62,622 nucleotides of DNA, filler included, from Choristocarpus tenellus KU-1152 (GCA_964200185.2; 10 parts of 10 records of this genome joined end to end with filler, not necessarily neighbours in it), one strand, 5' to 3'. Positions 49,461 to 62,622 are shown, counted from the first letter of the whole stretch. Numbers and translations are program-made. The notes: generated by a model not told the origin, from the sequence alone.

Positions 49461-50766
49461 AGTAATGTTTTGCAGTATCCTGCGTGGATAGGAATGATAA
49501 ACACAGGAATATTAGCGAGTGTTGTAGAGGAGTGATTAATCTTAAATAGGTAGGCGACTACCAACCTCAAAGCACCTTGAAATAATACGATCAATTCCTA
49601 TCTATATGTTCACATAAGACAACAATTCTGGGTTTAGCAACTAATAACTATTGTATTCTGACTCTATACATATACTACTGACGATGTCCGATACAGATGG
49701 AGGATTCTATTTGATCACCCTCCCTAGCTTATATAACTAATAGTGGTCACTAGACTGTATAATCTTAACAATCCATCAAGGCCAATCCAGTTGAGAAAGA
49801 ACACAGCTAATATGAAGGGAAAAATGCTGAACTCACTGAATAATGCTCCAAATAGACATGAAGAAAATTAAATCCAACAAGATGAAAGTACTACATACAG
49901 CTAGTCCTTAAAGTTCAGCAAAATCTCACCATGCAGCTGTGACTTTCAAGGTCAAATGAGAAATGTGCTATCAAATTTGACCCTGGTCATACATCAATTA
50001 CTTTCAGTCGATAATAATGCAAGAACAATACACTATGAAATAGTATGTCTTCTAAAGACCAATCCGTCGGAATGCAAAGCACAAATAACTACCCAGAGAC
50101 TCTCCTCTCGTATGGGAGACTCTCCTCTCGCAACATAGTGTGATGAGCATCAGTTTACCAGGCCAAAACAAAGGCAGGTAAATCAAGATCGGATTTCACC
50201 TGAGAGGAGTGACCCCGCTTAACAACCTTTCCGAGTGAAACACTTCCGAGCAAGTCTAAATAAATTAGTGCTTCTAGCTTGGGTATCTCTAGCTATAATA
50301 GCCAACTGGAATGGTCTTTCACAACGAATGTGCTTGCTATACTTGGTGAACGAACCCACAAATTCATAATTCCCTTTGCCTGCAACCAATCGACCATCAA
50401 CGGTTTATAGATGTAGACTTTAACAATAATTAAGTAATGCAAGTCATATTTGTCAATTCAATTGCAATCTACCAACAAAAGGAGCAATGACAATCAGTTG
50501 TATGCAAGTATTGCAATACACAAACCTCCACGCAAATATCAACATTACCCATTTTGTGACACATGACATTCAGTGTGCCTCAACACAACCAGGCATACAA
50601 GAGGGGCAGAGAAATATGTCAGTGCAAGAGAAATCTCCGCATTGAACAACACACTATCTGCTCACAGATTCGACGTGTTTGTCCAACTAGAGTAAATCGT
50701 CAGTGAGTGCTGTCAAGCTCAGATGCTAAAATCGAAGTATCCACCAAAATCAATTTGCAACCTTGT

Positions 50767-51026
50767 GAGCCAAGGTATCTTAGAGGGTAGAGCCGCATCC
50801 ATTTGGGGGTCAAAATCCAATGTTGCAATTTCGATGCAATTTTGGCTATCGTGTTTGTTAGGAAGTGTCAATATCCTTTTTCCGGACACACCTTTTCATG
50901 ACGTACGCATTTTACCTACTCCGAAAATATTTTGGAGTGGGAAAATGTCATAAAAAAAAACGAGGGAAGCCAAGCCCCAAATTGACAAATAGGGCAAAAC
51001 TCGTACCCTCTAAGATACATTCACTC
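50767..51026 (+). mobile_element. MITE family A, full copy
   Basis: GAGCCAAGGTATC...AAGATACATTCACTC with a TTGT/TTGT duplication. Confidence 0.92.
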
Positions 51027-51522
51027 TTGTATATTCCGCCAGCATGAACAGGTTCGTCCAGCTTAATAACTTGGGTAAGTTCCAATGCACCCCAAACAAG
51101 ATACTGATCACCCCAAACCCCAATCAATCCACCACCTCCTGAGGGGTCGCCATTCAACGAGGTTTCCACATGCATTGGCATGAGGATTGGCCATACATTG
51201 TACGCTTGAGCTGGAATTATTCACCATGCAACCCTGAAGATATCTCTTCTAGCTCCTCTCGAGTCCAGTAATGGGCCAGGTAACACGTGGGAGGAGAGGG
51301 GGTCAAGCTTAACGAGTCTTAGCATATGGCTTGGCACCCGTTGCCTTGTTTAGGCATGTGAAGCTCCATCCTGGTGGATATTGATGGGCACCTTCAAAGT
51401 GCGTTTTGTTCCACCTGCTTTGCCCTGCAATGGGCCAGGCAATACATGAAGGCATGGGGGGATTAAATAAGTATTTAGATTCACGTAACATGCCACGGCT
51501 TCCCCTCCCTTGATGACGCTTG

Positions 51523-51771
51523 GAGTGAAATTATTTTACAGGGTACGAGTTTATCCATTTAGAGCTTGGCTTCCCATGGGGTATTTTATTACATTTTCCT
51601 ACTCCAAAATGTTTCTGAGCAGGTAAAATGTATACGTTATGAAAAGGTGTGTCCGGAACAAGGATATTGACACTTCCTAACAAATGTGATAGCCAAAATT
51701 ACATCAAAATCGCAAAATTGGATCTTGGTCCCCAAATGGACGCGGCTCTACCCTCTAAGATACTTTGGCTC
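51523..51771 (-). mobile_element. MITE family A, full copy, inverted
   Basis: GAGTGAAATTATTTTACAGGGTAC...TACCCTCTAAGATACTTTGGCTC with TTG/TTG flanks. Confidence 0.9.
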
Positions 51772-53400
51772 TTGTGAAGTTCCACTCATTCAGTCTCGCC
51801 AATCTTAAACATTCAGCCCTTGCCGACTTCCTGCCTCGGCAGAGTGCCTTCCCTGCGACAGTGATCGAGGTCTGCCATGGTGGCAAGCACCTTGGAAAGA
51901 GGAACGACTCCCGTGCCAGGGTTGGTTGCTTGTCACCTTCTCCATCAGGAGTAGGTTGCTTAGCTCGAGTCTTTTCGCAGGTGACCAGAGAGACATCAAA
52001 GTGTGCCATCACGGCAAGCACCTTTGCACTAGCAAGGTTTTCCCTTCTACTGGTTGCCCGCTTGACTCCTTCTCCCTTGGGTATTGGAGGCTTGACTCTA
52101 GCCCCTTTACAGGTGAGTGCGGGGTCGTGGATATGTGCAAGCAGGCACAACAAATGTAGCTTCTTGATTCCCCTCTGGTGGAGGCTTAGCTACTGCTCCA
52201 GCTGATATCCTCCCATTCATCTTGGTGGCAAGTTCCACAACTCCTTTTCTCGCTCTTTATGTAGGAACCTTGGCATCTCCAACCGATGGCCATGCCCCCT
52301 GAAGGAAAGGTGTGGCGATTGCTACATATCCATCTGGCATAGACTTGGTGACGGCAGCAGGTGGGGCTGCGCATTGCCTAAAGTTTTCTACGTCATCTTG
52401 TGCAGGGATCAGCTTGTTAAAAATAACGGCTGTTGTCCATGGATTACTTTCAAGTGTCACAGCTACCACCCCAACTTTTCTCCTCTCTCAAGCCCCATCT
52501 CACCAATCCACAAGGGTCCCCTTTCGACAGTGGTGTGTTGGATGGTGCTATCCGAGACAAAAAGAGTCATCTGCATGGCAGGAATGATTCACGGCCTCAT
52601 TTTGAAACCCTTTACACCTTAGGGACGATCTGGATCCGACTTCGCCTGGTAGATACCCAGCCGGAAGCCGTATGTTGGGCCCTGGACAGTGGGGGGATCC
52701 TTGCCGCCAATCCCAATACCAACATCCTTCTGAAACCGACGATCTTGCTTCAATTCCATTATGGCCTTAAATAGACCCTCCACTATAGAGGAAGTTGTTC
52801 AATACGATTTTCGGCAAGGACCGCATCACATCAGCCCTGACTATGGACTGTGTACCTTTTCCATCTAAAGACCTGCATGATAAGTACGGGTAGAAACCTG
52901 GGGTTCAAATATAACCTCTTAAAGTACCCCCCAACTCATGAAGAGGAACGATAAACAAAGGGATATATCAAATCTTGCAGAGGGGTAAACGTTCTTTAGG
53001 GGGTAGGCTACAAAAAACTTCAAAGCACCTTTTAATAATCAGGGCTTTTCATCAGGCAGGGCAGTTAGCATGTCCACTATCAACCATATGGCCGCGGTCT
53101 AATCCCCGCCCCGGCCATATTGAAACGGTCAATGACCATGGACTCAGTTATTTTGGTTATACATAGCTGGTCGTGGCCCTGGTCGTGTTGAATAAGTGAT
53201 GGCCATGGTCTTGGCCATGTTTGAAATTGGTTGAACATTGCCGGCCAGTTGCCCCAGACATGTTGAGTAAGCAATGGCCATGGACTCGGCCTTGTTAGAA
53301 CATTTTATCCATAGCTAGCAAGGTAATATTCTGCATTCGGGGCGGTCGCGTCATAGTGCCTCCTAGTTTATATTTTGAGTCTTCTCTTGAATATTGTATC

Positions 53401-53760
53401 TGTCAGGGACAGGTCACCTTTTTGGGATCTCCAACATTGATGAGGATAATACTCCCAGTGATATACATATGCACGCATCACCGTTTGGGATTGAGGCCAG
53501 ATCAAGTAATGTGGTGTGGGTCAGACGAACGACTGGCACGCGGTAACCCCGACATGAACGGTGGATTCAATCCAGCAAGTTGAGATTGTGTTTCCTGTTC
53601 TGACTGTTCACAATCAATCACATTGAAGATTGATCCACATGGCTCTCTGAGGATATCAACATACACCCAGCATGCCTCAGTCTCATCTTTCACTACCTTT
53701 CTGAACCTCATCTCTGGTTGTTCTCATCACCCCCAACACATAGAACCAGGCCCCTCAGCA
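53401..53760 (+). mobile_element. Solo LTR (360 bp)
   Basis: TG...CA ends, TATC/TATC duplication, homologous to 37534-37897. Confidence 0.9.
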
Positions 53761-54259
53761 TATCCTAAATTTCAATTTCTGGTACTCTCTATATATGTAG
53801 TATATCTGGTGATATTTCTATATTATTTCATTTTGTTTTAATTTTAATATTAAATTTGTCAATTTCATACACATATGTTGAGTGTGTGTGTGAATGTCTC
53901 TCATTCACACATATATAACATGCAGTAGACATGGTCCGGACATGCCATAAAAAATTGAACTCTCGGATGGTTATGGTCCGGCCATAGAAGGAGAAAAGTT
54001 ATACTGGGCAGTTGGTGGACATGGACTGGTTGTTACTACAGTGTGATAGAATTGGTTCAACGACACTGTCAAGTGTTGTGTGATTCTTTGAAGGTTAAAA
54101 TGAAACATCATATGGAAGAGTTTGAGACATGTTTGGTAACTCAATCACGATGCATTCCTCCTAGGTTGGCTCACAAGGGAAGCCATTGCCAGCAAGGTTC
54201 TTCATTGCTACTTTTCGGGTCGTTGAAGGTGGCAAGGAGGGACGAGGAGGGAGATGAGG

Positions 54260-55000
54260 TGGTGGAACTGTTGTATTCTGAATCTATGGGAGGCTGCTTG
54301 CACTTGTCCAAATTTGACATCCAGGAGGAGGCCTTCATCCTGGTAAGGGTCTGATCTGGCATCCGCAAGTGCCCCAGCGTCGAAGATCATATCCATACGG
54401 AAATTCCTGTCCATTGTGAACGGGCTACCGTCCTCCATAGTGCAAGGGTTGTACATTCCTTTGCAGAGTTGACCTAGACGCTTCAGCATTGGTGTGTGAT
54501 AGCTGATCTGTCCCCCTGCCTTATGGCGGGCACGAGCATGTCTAGTGTCCACGTTTTGTCTCCTGCACCCCCCACTGGGCATCTGTTCGATAGGGCCTCT
54601 TCCCTCCCTAGGGATCTGTTTGATGGTGAGTTGAAACTCTACGGGAGGTATCTGGTGTGCTGGTCCTAGGGGTTGCGTAGAGCCCATGAATTTCCCCATT
54701 GTCCACATTGGCTCCAGTGGCGGGGCAGGCTAGTGAGGAACTTTCCTTCCCTTATTCTGCGTCTTCAGGTAAGTCAGTCTATTAAGTTCGCAAAGAGTCG
54801 AAGGGGATCCTGTTTAGGAGGGGGGAGATCTCGTGGTTTTGCCCTCCTTGTGATCCTGGCATCATGGGCTGCGAAAGTGTGGACCTCTGAGGTAGGTATG
54901 GGCGTTGTTGTCCCCCCCAGGCTACCCAGCCTTGGCCTATAGTTTCCGCCAAGTCTTCAGAAGGGACTCCTGTCGAGAGGAGGGTGTGGATAAATGATCC
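54260..55000 (-). mobile_element. RLE-type (CRE-like) non-LTR retrotransposon relic: zinc-knuckle and endonuclease region
   Basis: CRRQNVDTRHARARHKAGGQ..H..EDGSPFTMDRNFRMDMI..GAL....EGLLLDV (RxD...LDV pattern of RLE domains). Confidence 0.75.
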
Positions 55001-55299
55001 CATTACATACATTCTAGGGGTAATCTCCTTACTGTTGGAGAAGCCTATTCGAACATAATGATCACTTGTGTAGTTACATTTGAAATAGTACAAACACGTA
55101 TCAGGTACACATCGCTAAGATGAACCGAGAATTGTCATTCAGGCATTTTAACTTGTCCATATAGTCAAGATATTAGTGGAACCTTGATCGGCATTCTTGG
55201 AAGAATTGATTACGAGTAGTTTATTATTACTGTGTCCTCTGACATTTTGCTGATGTGTCAGGGGAAAAACCAATGAAAACAATTCAAATGTAAGTGCAT

Positions 55300-55553
55300 T
55301 CCTCCTGATCAGGGTCTGAATGGACACCCTGGTGTAGATCCCTCCCCCCCACAGATACTATGAGACTGTAATTTTGGCTATCGTTTTTCTTAGCGTCTAT
55401 ATCCTGCTATTAGAATACCTTTCATAGCCGTTCCCAACTCTTGAACACAGAAAACTTAAAAGTGGGCTTAAGAATGTCGTGAGTCGCGAGACTATTTTAA
55501 TCCCCGAACGGACAAACAGGCAAAAACTCATACCCTCCATGATGGTATGGCTC
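55300..55553 (+). mobile_element. Family B right half (about 55300-55367) abutting a diverged family A-like right part (about 55368-55553)
   Basis: TGGACACCCTGGTGTAGATCCCTCCCCCCCACAGATACT, then GTAATTTTGGCTATCG...CGGACAAACAGGCAAAAACTCATACCCTCC. Confidence 0.65.
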
Positions 55554-55603
55554 AAAAATAGGGGATGAACGGGCCATGTGAAAGAGATGAAAACAGGCAG
55601 ACA

Positions 55604-55783
55604 GGCTCAAAGTATCTGGGGGGGGGTTGGCGGCTGTCGATTTGGGGTCAATTTTTTCATGTCTCGATTTTGGGGTGATTTGGTTGCATACATCGGATGG
55701 ATAATGTAAGTGGACTTTTCCTGGTTTTGGTCTAAATGGATACCCTGGTGTAGACTCTCCCCCCTCCCCAGATAATTTGGGTC
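55604..55783 (+). mobile_element. MITE family B, full copy
   Basis: GGCTCAAAGTATCTGGGGGGGGG ... CCCCAGATAATTTGGGTC; body matches 18134-18306. Confidence 0.85.
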
Positions 55784-57139
55784 GCAGTTTCTTCGGACTG
55801 AAGGGAAGTGGGAAGGCCCACAGGAGGAAGGGAATGGAGAGAGACAAGGCAGGAGGGTGAGCAAGCCCTCAGAAGGTCACTCAGAGAGGGGTGAACGGGG
55901 AAAGGTGGATGATGGGGCTTATAAGCTGAATTCAAAGACCCAATGTTGACGTCATCAGGAAGCAATGCTGATGTCATATGAGGAAACAGAATCAAGGTAT
56001 ACCTTCTACAGGAAGGATCCTTTGAAGGTATGTCTTGCCAAAAGGTGGCCATCACATCACCCTCCCCTCTATGTGGCCTGATGTGTGTATCAGGACAACG
56101 CAGAATTCCATGTGAAATGAAGAGTGTGCGTAATGAAAGAAGCTGATACGACCAATACAAGAAGAGAAATAGTCTCGTAGGAAGGGAATACTTTCAGGCA
56201 TGACCCTTGTGTACACAAGAACATTTGTATGTTTGTAAGACAGAGCAAAAAGATATATTAAGTGACAGCGCCCCACAACTTAGCACTTGTAACTAAGATT
56301 TGGTGGCAACCAAATCTGTGCCACTTCACCTTGATCAGGTGTTAGATAAACATATCTGGGAACATCGAAAGATCACGATTTTGACGTATCAGAGATGACT
56401 ATGTCTGGTCAAGTCTTCAACATGAAGGGCATGGGTAAGGACTAGCTAATCTTGCCTTCAAATTCTGTTTAACTCCATCAAGGAGTTACAGGGGGAAACG
56501 TATGGATAATCTTCTCCATTGAGGAGGGGAAATAGGATGGGAGACTCCCATAGGGAGCGCAGAAATCAAGATTGAAATACACCTGTTCAGGTGCAACACC
56601 AAATATTATATACTTGCACATATATAGTTCAACAGCATAGCGTAGGGATGTTCTAGTCTCAACAGGGGTAAGTAAAGACTGTTAGAAAAAAATCGAACCT
56701 TCAAGAAAGAAAGAGCGAAATATATATTATATATATCAAGATATCAATAGAGAAATATATAACCAATATATATATAGTAGAAAAAGTGCAAGAAGAAGTG
56801 TAAGCAGTATAAAAAATAACAAGAAAGCAAAAAAATAAGAAACTAGTGTGCAAGGGTCACTCGGCAAAATGAACTCGGATCTTCTTGGGCAGATATATGA
56901 AATCAACTTGATATAAGTTGATATCGCTCATTGGAGAAGTCTTTTTTTTGTTTAAATATATATACTCGTATATGCATAATGAACAACACAACAACCACAA
57001 ATAATATTGAATGAAACGCAAATAAAATATACATACATATATATATAAGGGAACAGCTCAAGGCAAAACGCCACACCTCATCGCTGCTAGCAACCAAGCT
57101 GCTGTCCCTGTTGTCCGTGTAGCTATATATCAATATGTG

Positions 57140-59800
57140 GTCCATTCAAATGTTGAAGCTCTTCATGGACCAGAATAAACATTAACCGAAGGTGTACTGT
57201 TGGAATTGATTCAGACAACGTTGACGATATGTAGAAATCATTTCAGCACATTGATTGGAGCAAATCACGTGGACGATAGAATACATCAGAGGGACAATAT
57301 AATTCAAGACCCAATCTGTATTCTATGTTCATAGGTGAACGAGATCTTTAACCAAACTTGTGTCCCACAATAGCTTCAATAATAGTGTAAGGACCAATAA
57401 TTATTGGGGACTCCAAATTATCAAGATCTGGCAGGAATAAATAACAGTCAAGGAAAAATGATTGAACTTCATAAAGTCAGGCTTGGGTGGTTGTGTGTTC
57501 GGAATGTAAGGTTTCAAGTGACTCAAGTGAACGGAAATGTCTGTCATGTCACCTTGTTTCGGATACAGTAAACTACAGGGGAAATCTTTGCAGTCACTGT
57601 GAAAGGTCCACGCCAGGGGTGAATCAATTTGGGATTAGGTCCATCACGGTCAGTGTGTGGGCGATGTGTTAGAACACTAGTAAGCCCCTGTGTCTGCCGA
57701 GCAGGAAGTCAGGTCGAATTAATAATTTGCCTTTATTTACAAAATTAAATACCGGGGTTTACTAGTGTTCTAACAATACCTAGTCCCAGGGATCGCAACT
57801 ATTAGACTTGATGAGGTGTCGCCCGAGGGTTGCTATTCCTCTAATCAGTTACCAACTTCGGCGGAGCAGTTACTAATGTGAGGTTGTGTATTCTGGCGGC
57901 GTGTTAAGCCTTTTGACGGATGTGTAACCATGTAACCATACCGGGATTCGATCCCAGGACAGTGGCGCTTGCTAGAACACTAGCAGTCAGATGACTACTT
58001 AGTAGACAGGGGTTTAATAGTGTTCTAGCAAGCACTACTGTCATGGGACGGAATCCCAGCATGGTTACATGGTCACACATCCGTCAAAAGGCTAAACACG
58101 CCCCAAGGATGCACAACCTCACATTAGTAACTGCACCTCCTACGTTGGTCACTGATTAGAAGGATAGCAACCTCGGACAAACCTCATCAAGTTTAACAGC
58201 TTGCGATCCCCGGGACTAGCTCTTGTTCTACCTGCTCTGTAGACACAGGGGTTTACTAGTGTTCTAACATGATGTACCAAAACTTGAGCTCGAACTTGAA
58301 ATATGGGGAAAGCTAGAGCTCGATTGTTAGCAATTCGTTTAGCATTCCGTTGTCCAAGATTGTGATGGGCTAATACAAATGCTAACAGGAGATTCTCAGC
58401 TGCTGACCGAGTAAACTCTTGAGTTGATTGGGTTACTGATATTTGGATAGGTCAAAAAAAGATATATATCGATAATGTTGGACGGCATCCAAAAAGCAGG
58501 AAAAAACGGTATGTTTCTTGCAATGTGGTATTGTGTGCCATATTTTAATCAAGTTGAAGGAATGGAACAACAGTTGCCCAATTACTCCAATTACTCTCTG
58601 CTGTTACTGTGCGCATAGGTAATATTTGGTGCAGAGTAGAATGTCACACTCTAAAGCAGAGTCACCCTGCGGTCTATATGGCCTGGTACGAGCTTTATGG
58701 TACCCAACACTGTAATTCCAGAACAAGTATATTTTCAAATTCTGAACCATGGTCAGAGTGAAGAATTTCAGGTGCACCAAATATTGAAAATATCCTTTCA
58801 AACGAAGTTTTTGCGATGGTCACTTATTGTTTGTCTGTAGTGGGAATGAGAAAAGCAAAACGTTTCAATTGGATTCTAGCCGAAAGAACGTATCGACATT
58901 CTCGGGAAATGGTCCTATGCTGTACAAAACCAACAGTAACCCGTTCGAATGGTTGAGTGGTAGGAGTTTATCCTCGAGGCAGGGTTGGATGTCTTTGAGA
59001 AGGTTTCGTCATTATTGGCAAAGTTGACACCTCTGGCACCATTCTCTTACATATCTTTGAAACATTAAAGTATGACATACTATACATCGACTCTCGAGGA
59101 GGTAAAGATGTTGAGTTGGGGGCCTCCAGATTTGCAAAATAACTGGAAAATTGATTCATTTGTGATGAACGGATTTTGTCGTGGTCCAAAGTTGGAAATA
59201 TATTTACTGAACTATTGAAAGGTTCTGGGCCAGTCTGTATTACGTCCAGTGCATAAAGGCGATGTGGATATATTTCATACGCTTGATGTGGAGCTGAGGT
59301 AATTGACAACGTATTTTCTAGAATATTCCTACAATTGGGGGCAAGTACTGTCAGCATTCTATTGATCTCACTCACAAGAAGGCAAGGGCATCAGGTAAAC
59401 ATTATCTCTGTCAAGTTTGTCATAACAAATAAAGTCGAAGCATTGGAGTGCAAGGGCTCAACGTGTCAGCATATTATCTGTATCTTGCAAGTATGAAGAT
59501 ATCGAGTTCAGCATGGTCAGTGGATAAGTCAAAATGTCGACCCCAGAGATATGGACAGCAGTGGTCAACAACATGAGCTACTGCTAACCCATCTTAGATA
59601 GGAAAGTACCATGCTGGAATAGAATTATGGAGAGCTTTGGGGACGGAATAGTAGATAGGTGTAGGCTGCCCCGTTTTGCCTGAGCTGTTGGTGGGCAACC
59701 TTTTAGTGTCCGCACGATACACCCATAAAATACGAACATGTGAAAAAAATCTTGCTTCTTCATTGGGACTGCAAAAGCTGTTTTTTCTGTTTAATGCCAA
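57140..59800 (-). pseudogene. Ty3/gypsy pol relic (RNase H, integrase, possible chromodomain), interrupted by insertions
   Basis: PIYYS..GLAVAHVVDH..YLWGRHFDLSTDH..TR*ALALQCFDF; PFERVTV..KRFAFLIP..IFGAPEILHSDHGSEFEN; IGPYTII near 57390. RH-before-IN order is that of gypsy elements. Confidence 0.85.
57667..58269. mobile_element. Non-coding foldback element with TGT...ACA termini and nested internal end copies
   Basis: TGTTAGAACACTAGTAA.CCCCTGTGTCT and its reverse complement at the ends; flanks CGATG/TGATG; inverted arms of about 200 bp (57781-57982 vs 58018-58219). Confidence 0.85.
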
Positions 59801-62033
59801 ACAGAGGAAGTAACAATTTGTTGGACACAGTTCAGCATTGCTCAAGCAATACATATTTCACATAGGGTAGTACAAGTAGTCTGCTGTGCACCCTGGTTAT
59901 CATACATCATTCGCCACATTCAAGCAGCTTTTCGAATTACTAGTAATTGCAGTGATGCAAGCAACGTACACAATGAGGGTCGCACGCATGACCACTAGAA
60001 GGGGGAAGCTAAAAACATACACATTGATCAAACACAATGCTGAACAATGGAAAAGCAAGGAAAAGGTAAGCAAGCAACAAAAGCATGAAAGCTCCGCACA
60101 CGTAATTTCTTCTTCCGCTTAACACCCAACTAACCATATTTTACCCCCTAATAACTGTCCCCCACACTCAACTGCATCCCCTTCAAGGAAACTTCCTTCT
60201 CCCCATCACCACTTTATCTTGTTTTTACGCCAGTCAGGCAGGAGATACCATTGCCGTCCAAGTCTTGGCACAAAGTCAAGCAGTGTGTGATATGTGTGTG
60301 GACTGCCTGCCTACCAATACTGCTCTCTGTTTCCCCCCTGCAAGAGGCCGTAACACACCCTATACATGCAAAGCGTGGTACATGCAAGAAATGCATGCAC
60401 ACACTTGTACTCTCAGATACCCTTCTTCAGAGTATGCATGAAAAAAGAAAAAACACAGACACACACACAGACACATGCACAGAACACAACAGACAGCCAG
60501 AAACAAGTTACAAGCTTGAACAAGCAAGGCATGTTCATTGTCAGTACCGCATCTCTCAGTTCTGGCATCTCTCCTTCACACCCACTCTTGACTACCAATA
60601 GTCATCCAACTACCCACCCATAGCAACACACGCCACAACAAGACAGATGGGAAACATTATATGTCTAGCACCTCCCAAGCACAGGGAGTGCACGATCCAC
60701 TTACAAGTGGCAGGAGCAACATCTGGCGATGATCAACCCTCCCTTTCCCTCCCAAATTTGCTACCCCTACACAGATGAACACAACCACCAAGTGCATCCT
60801 CTAGTGATAGGAGGCCACATCAAGCCAGAACCTCAGGTTTACTCAAGGTCAATACACCTTTTGATGTTACAGTCAAGCAAACTCCCTGCAGAGCAAACCA
60901 GCAAAACCCCGGCACTACAAGGTAAACCTAGGAAGATCCCCTCCAAAATACCTCCTTACATAAACCAACCAATTGCACACCCGATCTTGTCTCTCCTTCT
61001 GCACCTTTCAGTTCTCTCCCCTTCCCACTATTATCATCCTGCCTTCTTCTATTTGCCTGGGGCCCTATTTTCCTGGTGTGAAACGTAGCAGCATAAAACC
61101 ACAAAAAAAAATTCCGCCTCCATACACTCTCAACTGCCATGCACGCCATTCACAATAACTGATGCCCCAGCTACCCACTTCGCCAATGCAACCAACTACT
61201 ACTCTCACTACCTACCTATGGTAGGCCCTGCACAGTTACTCCCCCCCTTCCCCCCCCTGTCCAGTCCCTCTGGTTCAAGTCCCAAGACTCCCAAGGGTGG
61301 TATTGCCCCTGCCTCACACTTCATCCATCAACTCATTTCCCAGCACAAAGTATCTATCTTAATCCTGGACACTATCTTACCCTGCCCCCTTTCCACTATC
61401 ATCCAAGTCCCATCCCCGTTTTCCATGCATGGCTTGTATGTTGCCTGAGGTCCCCCACCATACTTCACAAGAGGAGACCACCACCAGTGCCATTGTCCTT
61501 GACAGGATAAAACCATCTGAAATCTCCACTCATGCCCTACACAGAAACACAGCTCCTGGCTCACTGCATCCATAGTTTCTCCTCTCATCCAGAGATTAGT
61601 GCTTCACCCCTTGGCATAGTACTGCTGGAGAAAGGGTTCAGGTACAGGGTCAGGGAGAAGATGCCGTGTTGAAGGAGTCCAGGGATCGAGATTCAGGACA
61701 TCTTCCCTGGAACTACCATAAACCACCAAGTATCAACACATGTACCACTCCATACCAAGGGTTAAAAAGACTGATCACACAGCAAGGACGTAGGATGGGA
61801 AATATTTCACTGACCAGAACTCCTTTGCTATCATGTGGCTTCTCAACATAAAAAAACACTCTGCAATTTTCAGTTACACTATGCTCTGAACCTCTCCAGC
61901 ACATACGCCTTGCAAAACATCTAAAACCACAGTGTGCCCTCACATTACCAGGCCAATACTATTCAAGTGGAGAGCCTCGGCCCTTCAAGTTCTAACTATC
62001 AAAAAACGGAAAATCACAAATGACATCACCTAC

Positions 62034-62108
62034 CATCCAGATAATCTCTTGTAACTCATCGCGCAGAGGCCTTTCATTCATGTCTCTTTCTTGTGTTGCG
62101 AGTTTGAT
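62034..62108 (-). CDS. Candidate exon IKLATQERDMNERPLRDELQEIIWM of an unknown gene (other possible exons near 61610-61710 and 60250-60337)
   Basis: catag acceptor, 75-nt open frame, gtaggt donor; no domain recognised. Confidence 0.3.
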
Positions 62109-62544
62109 CTATGCCTCTTCCCTGAACTCTACACAAAAGCCTGGTATACAAAGGACAACCTTTTCTAAAAAAAAAGAAGGAAGCACCAGTGTTCATGACG
62201 GCGTTCATTCATCGTCAGAGGTTAAAACAAGATGTACACACAGGTCCAAGGCGCACCCCTCCTAAACCGTCTTCTCACCAGGTGTGAACAAGTTATATTA
62301 GCACCGAAAATACAAACCGCGTTAAAAAAAAAAAAAAAAAGGGAAGGCAATTCGCACAACATCTCATCATAACGAGCAGGAGAAGGGGAATGGAATGGGA
62401 CACAAACACAAACACATACAGAGACAGGTAGCATTCTGGTATAGGCAGCTCACATCTCAGACGGTGACAAGTTTCAAAAAGCACTACAGGGTGGTTCACA
62501 GGCAGGAACAAACAAAAAGTAGCGGCAACTTAGAACCAACCAGG

Positions 62545-62622
62545 GAGTCAAAGTATCTTAGAGGGTAGAGCCTTGTCCATTTGGGGGTCAAAATCCAATG
62601 TTCCGATTTTGATGTAATTTTG
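62545..62622 (+). mobile_element. MITE family A left end, cut by window end
   Basis: GAGTCAAAGTATCTTAGAGGGTAGAG...CCATTTGGGGGTCAAAATCCAATG. Confidence 0.88.

Noticed and set aside
51775-52800. ORFs with an internal duplication of about 135 bp as a named gene or transposase tail
   Set aside because: Interrupted by stops; no motif I can assign with confidence.
57935-57970. tRNA gene
   Set aside because: Only a B-box-like motif; no cloverleaf, and the mirror arm has a degenerate version.

Overview
Eukaryotic, repeat-rich draft genomic DNA. It is ten unrelated contig fragments (1-4891, 4992-9951, 10052-18638, 18739-23836, 23937-28089, 28190-33460, 33561-41589, 41690-44838, 44939-48234, 48335-62622) joined by artificial 100-bp N44-TTAATTAATTAA-N44 linkers, so no synteny can be inferred across linkers. 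GT-AG introns, TTAGGG tracts and the retroelement peptide motifs suggest a stramenopile, probably a brown alga or relative (inference). Host genes appear only as scattered exons: two phase-matched MCM8 exons, a Rab-like GTPase exon, a Pro/Thr-rich exon and some unknowns. Transposons dominate. There are two intron-rich Sola-type transposase pseudogenes (Sola2-like at about 52-4060, minus strand; Sola1-like at 41690-44838, plus strand) and two MITE families sharing an AAAGTATCT terminal core with 3-4 bp TSDs. Also present are a full-length degenerate plant-type mariner with a Stowaway-like foldback, a nested TGT...ACA foldback inside a gypsy pol relic, LTR copies, and copia, gypsy, RTE and RLE-LINE relics. 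The most interesting system is the Sola transposase plus MITE set. One MITE landed on a splice acceptor and rebuilt it through its TSD. No CRISPR, rRNA or convincing tRNA was seen. All family names come from motif recall, not database searches.
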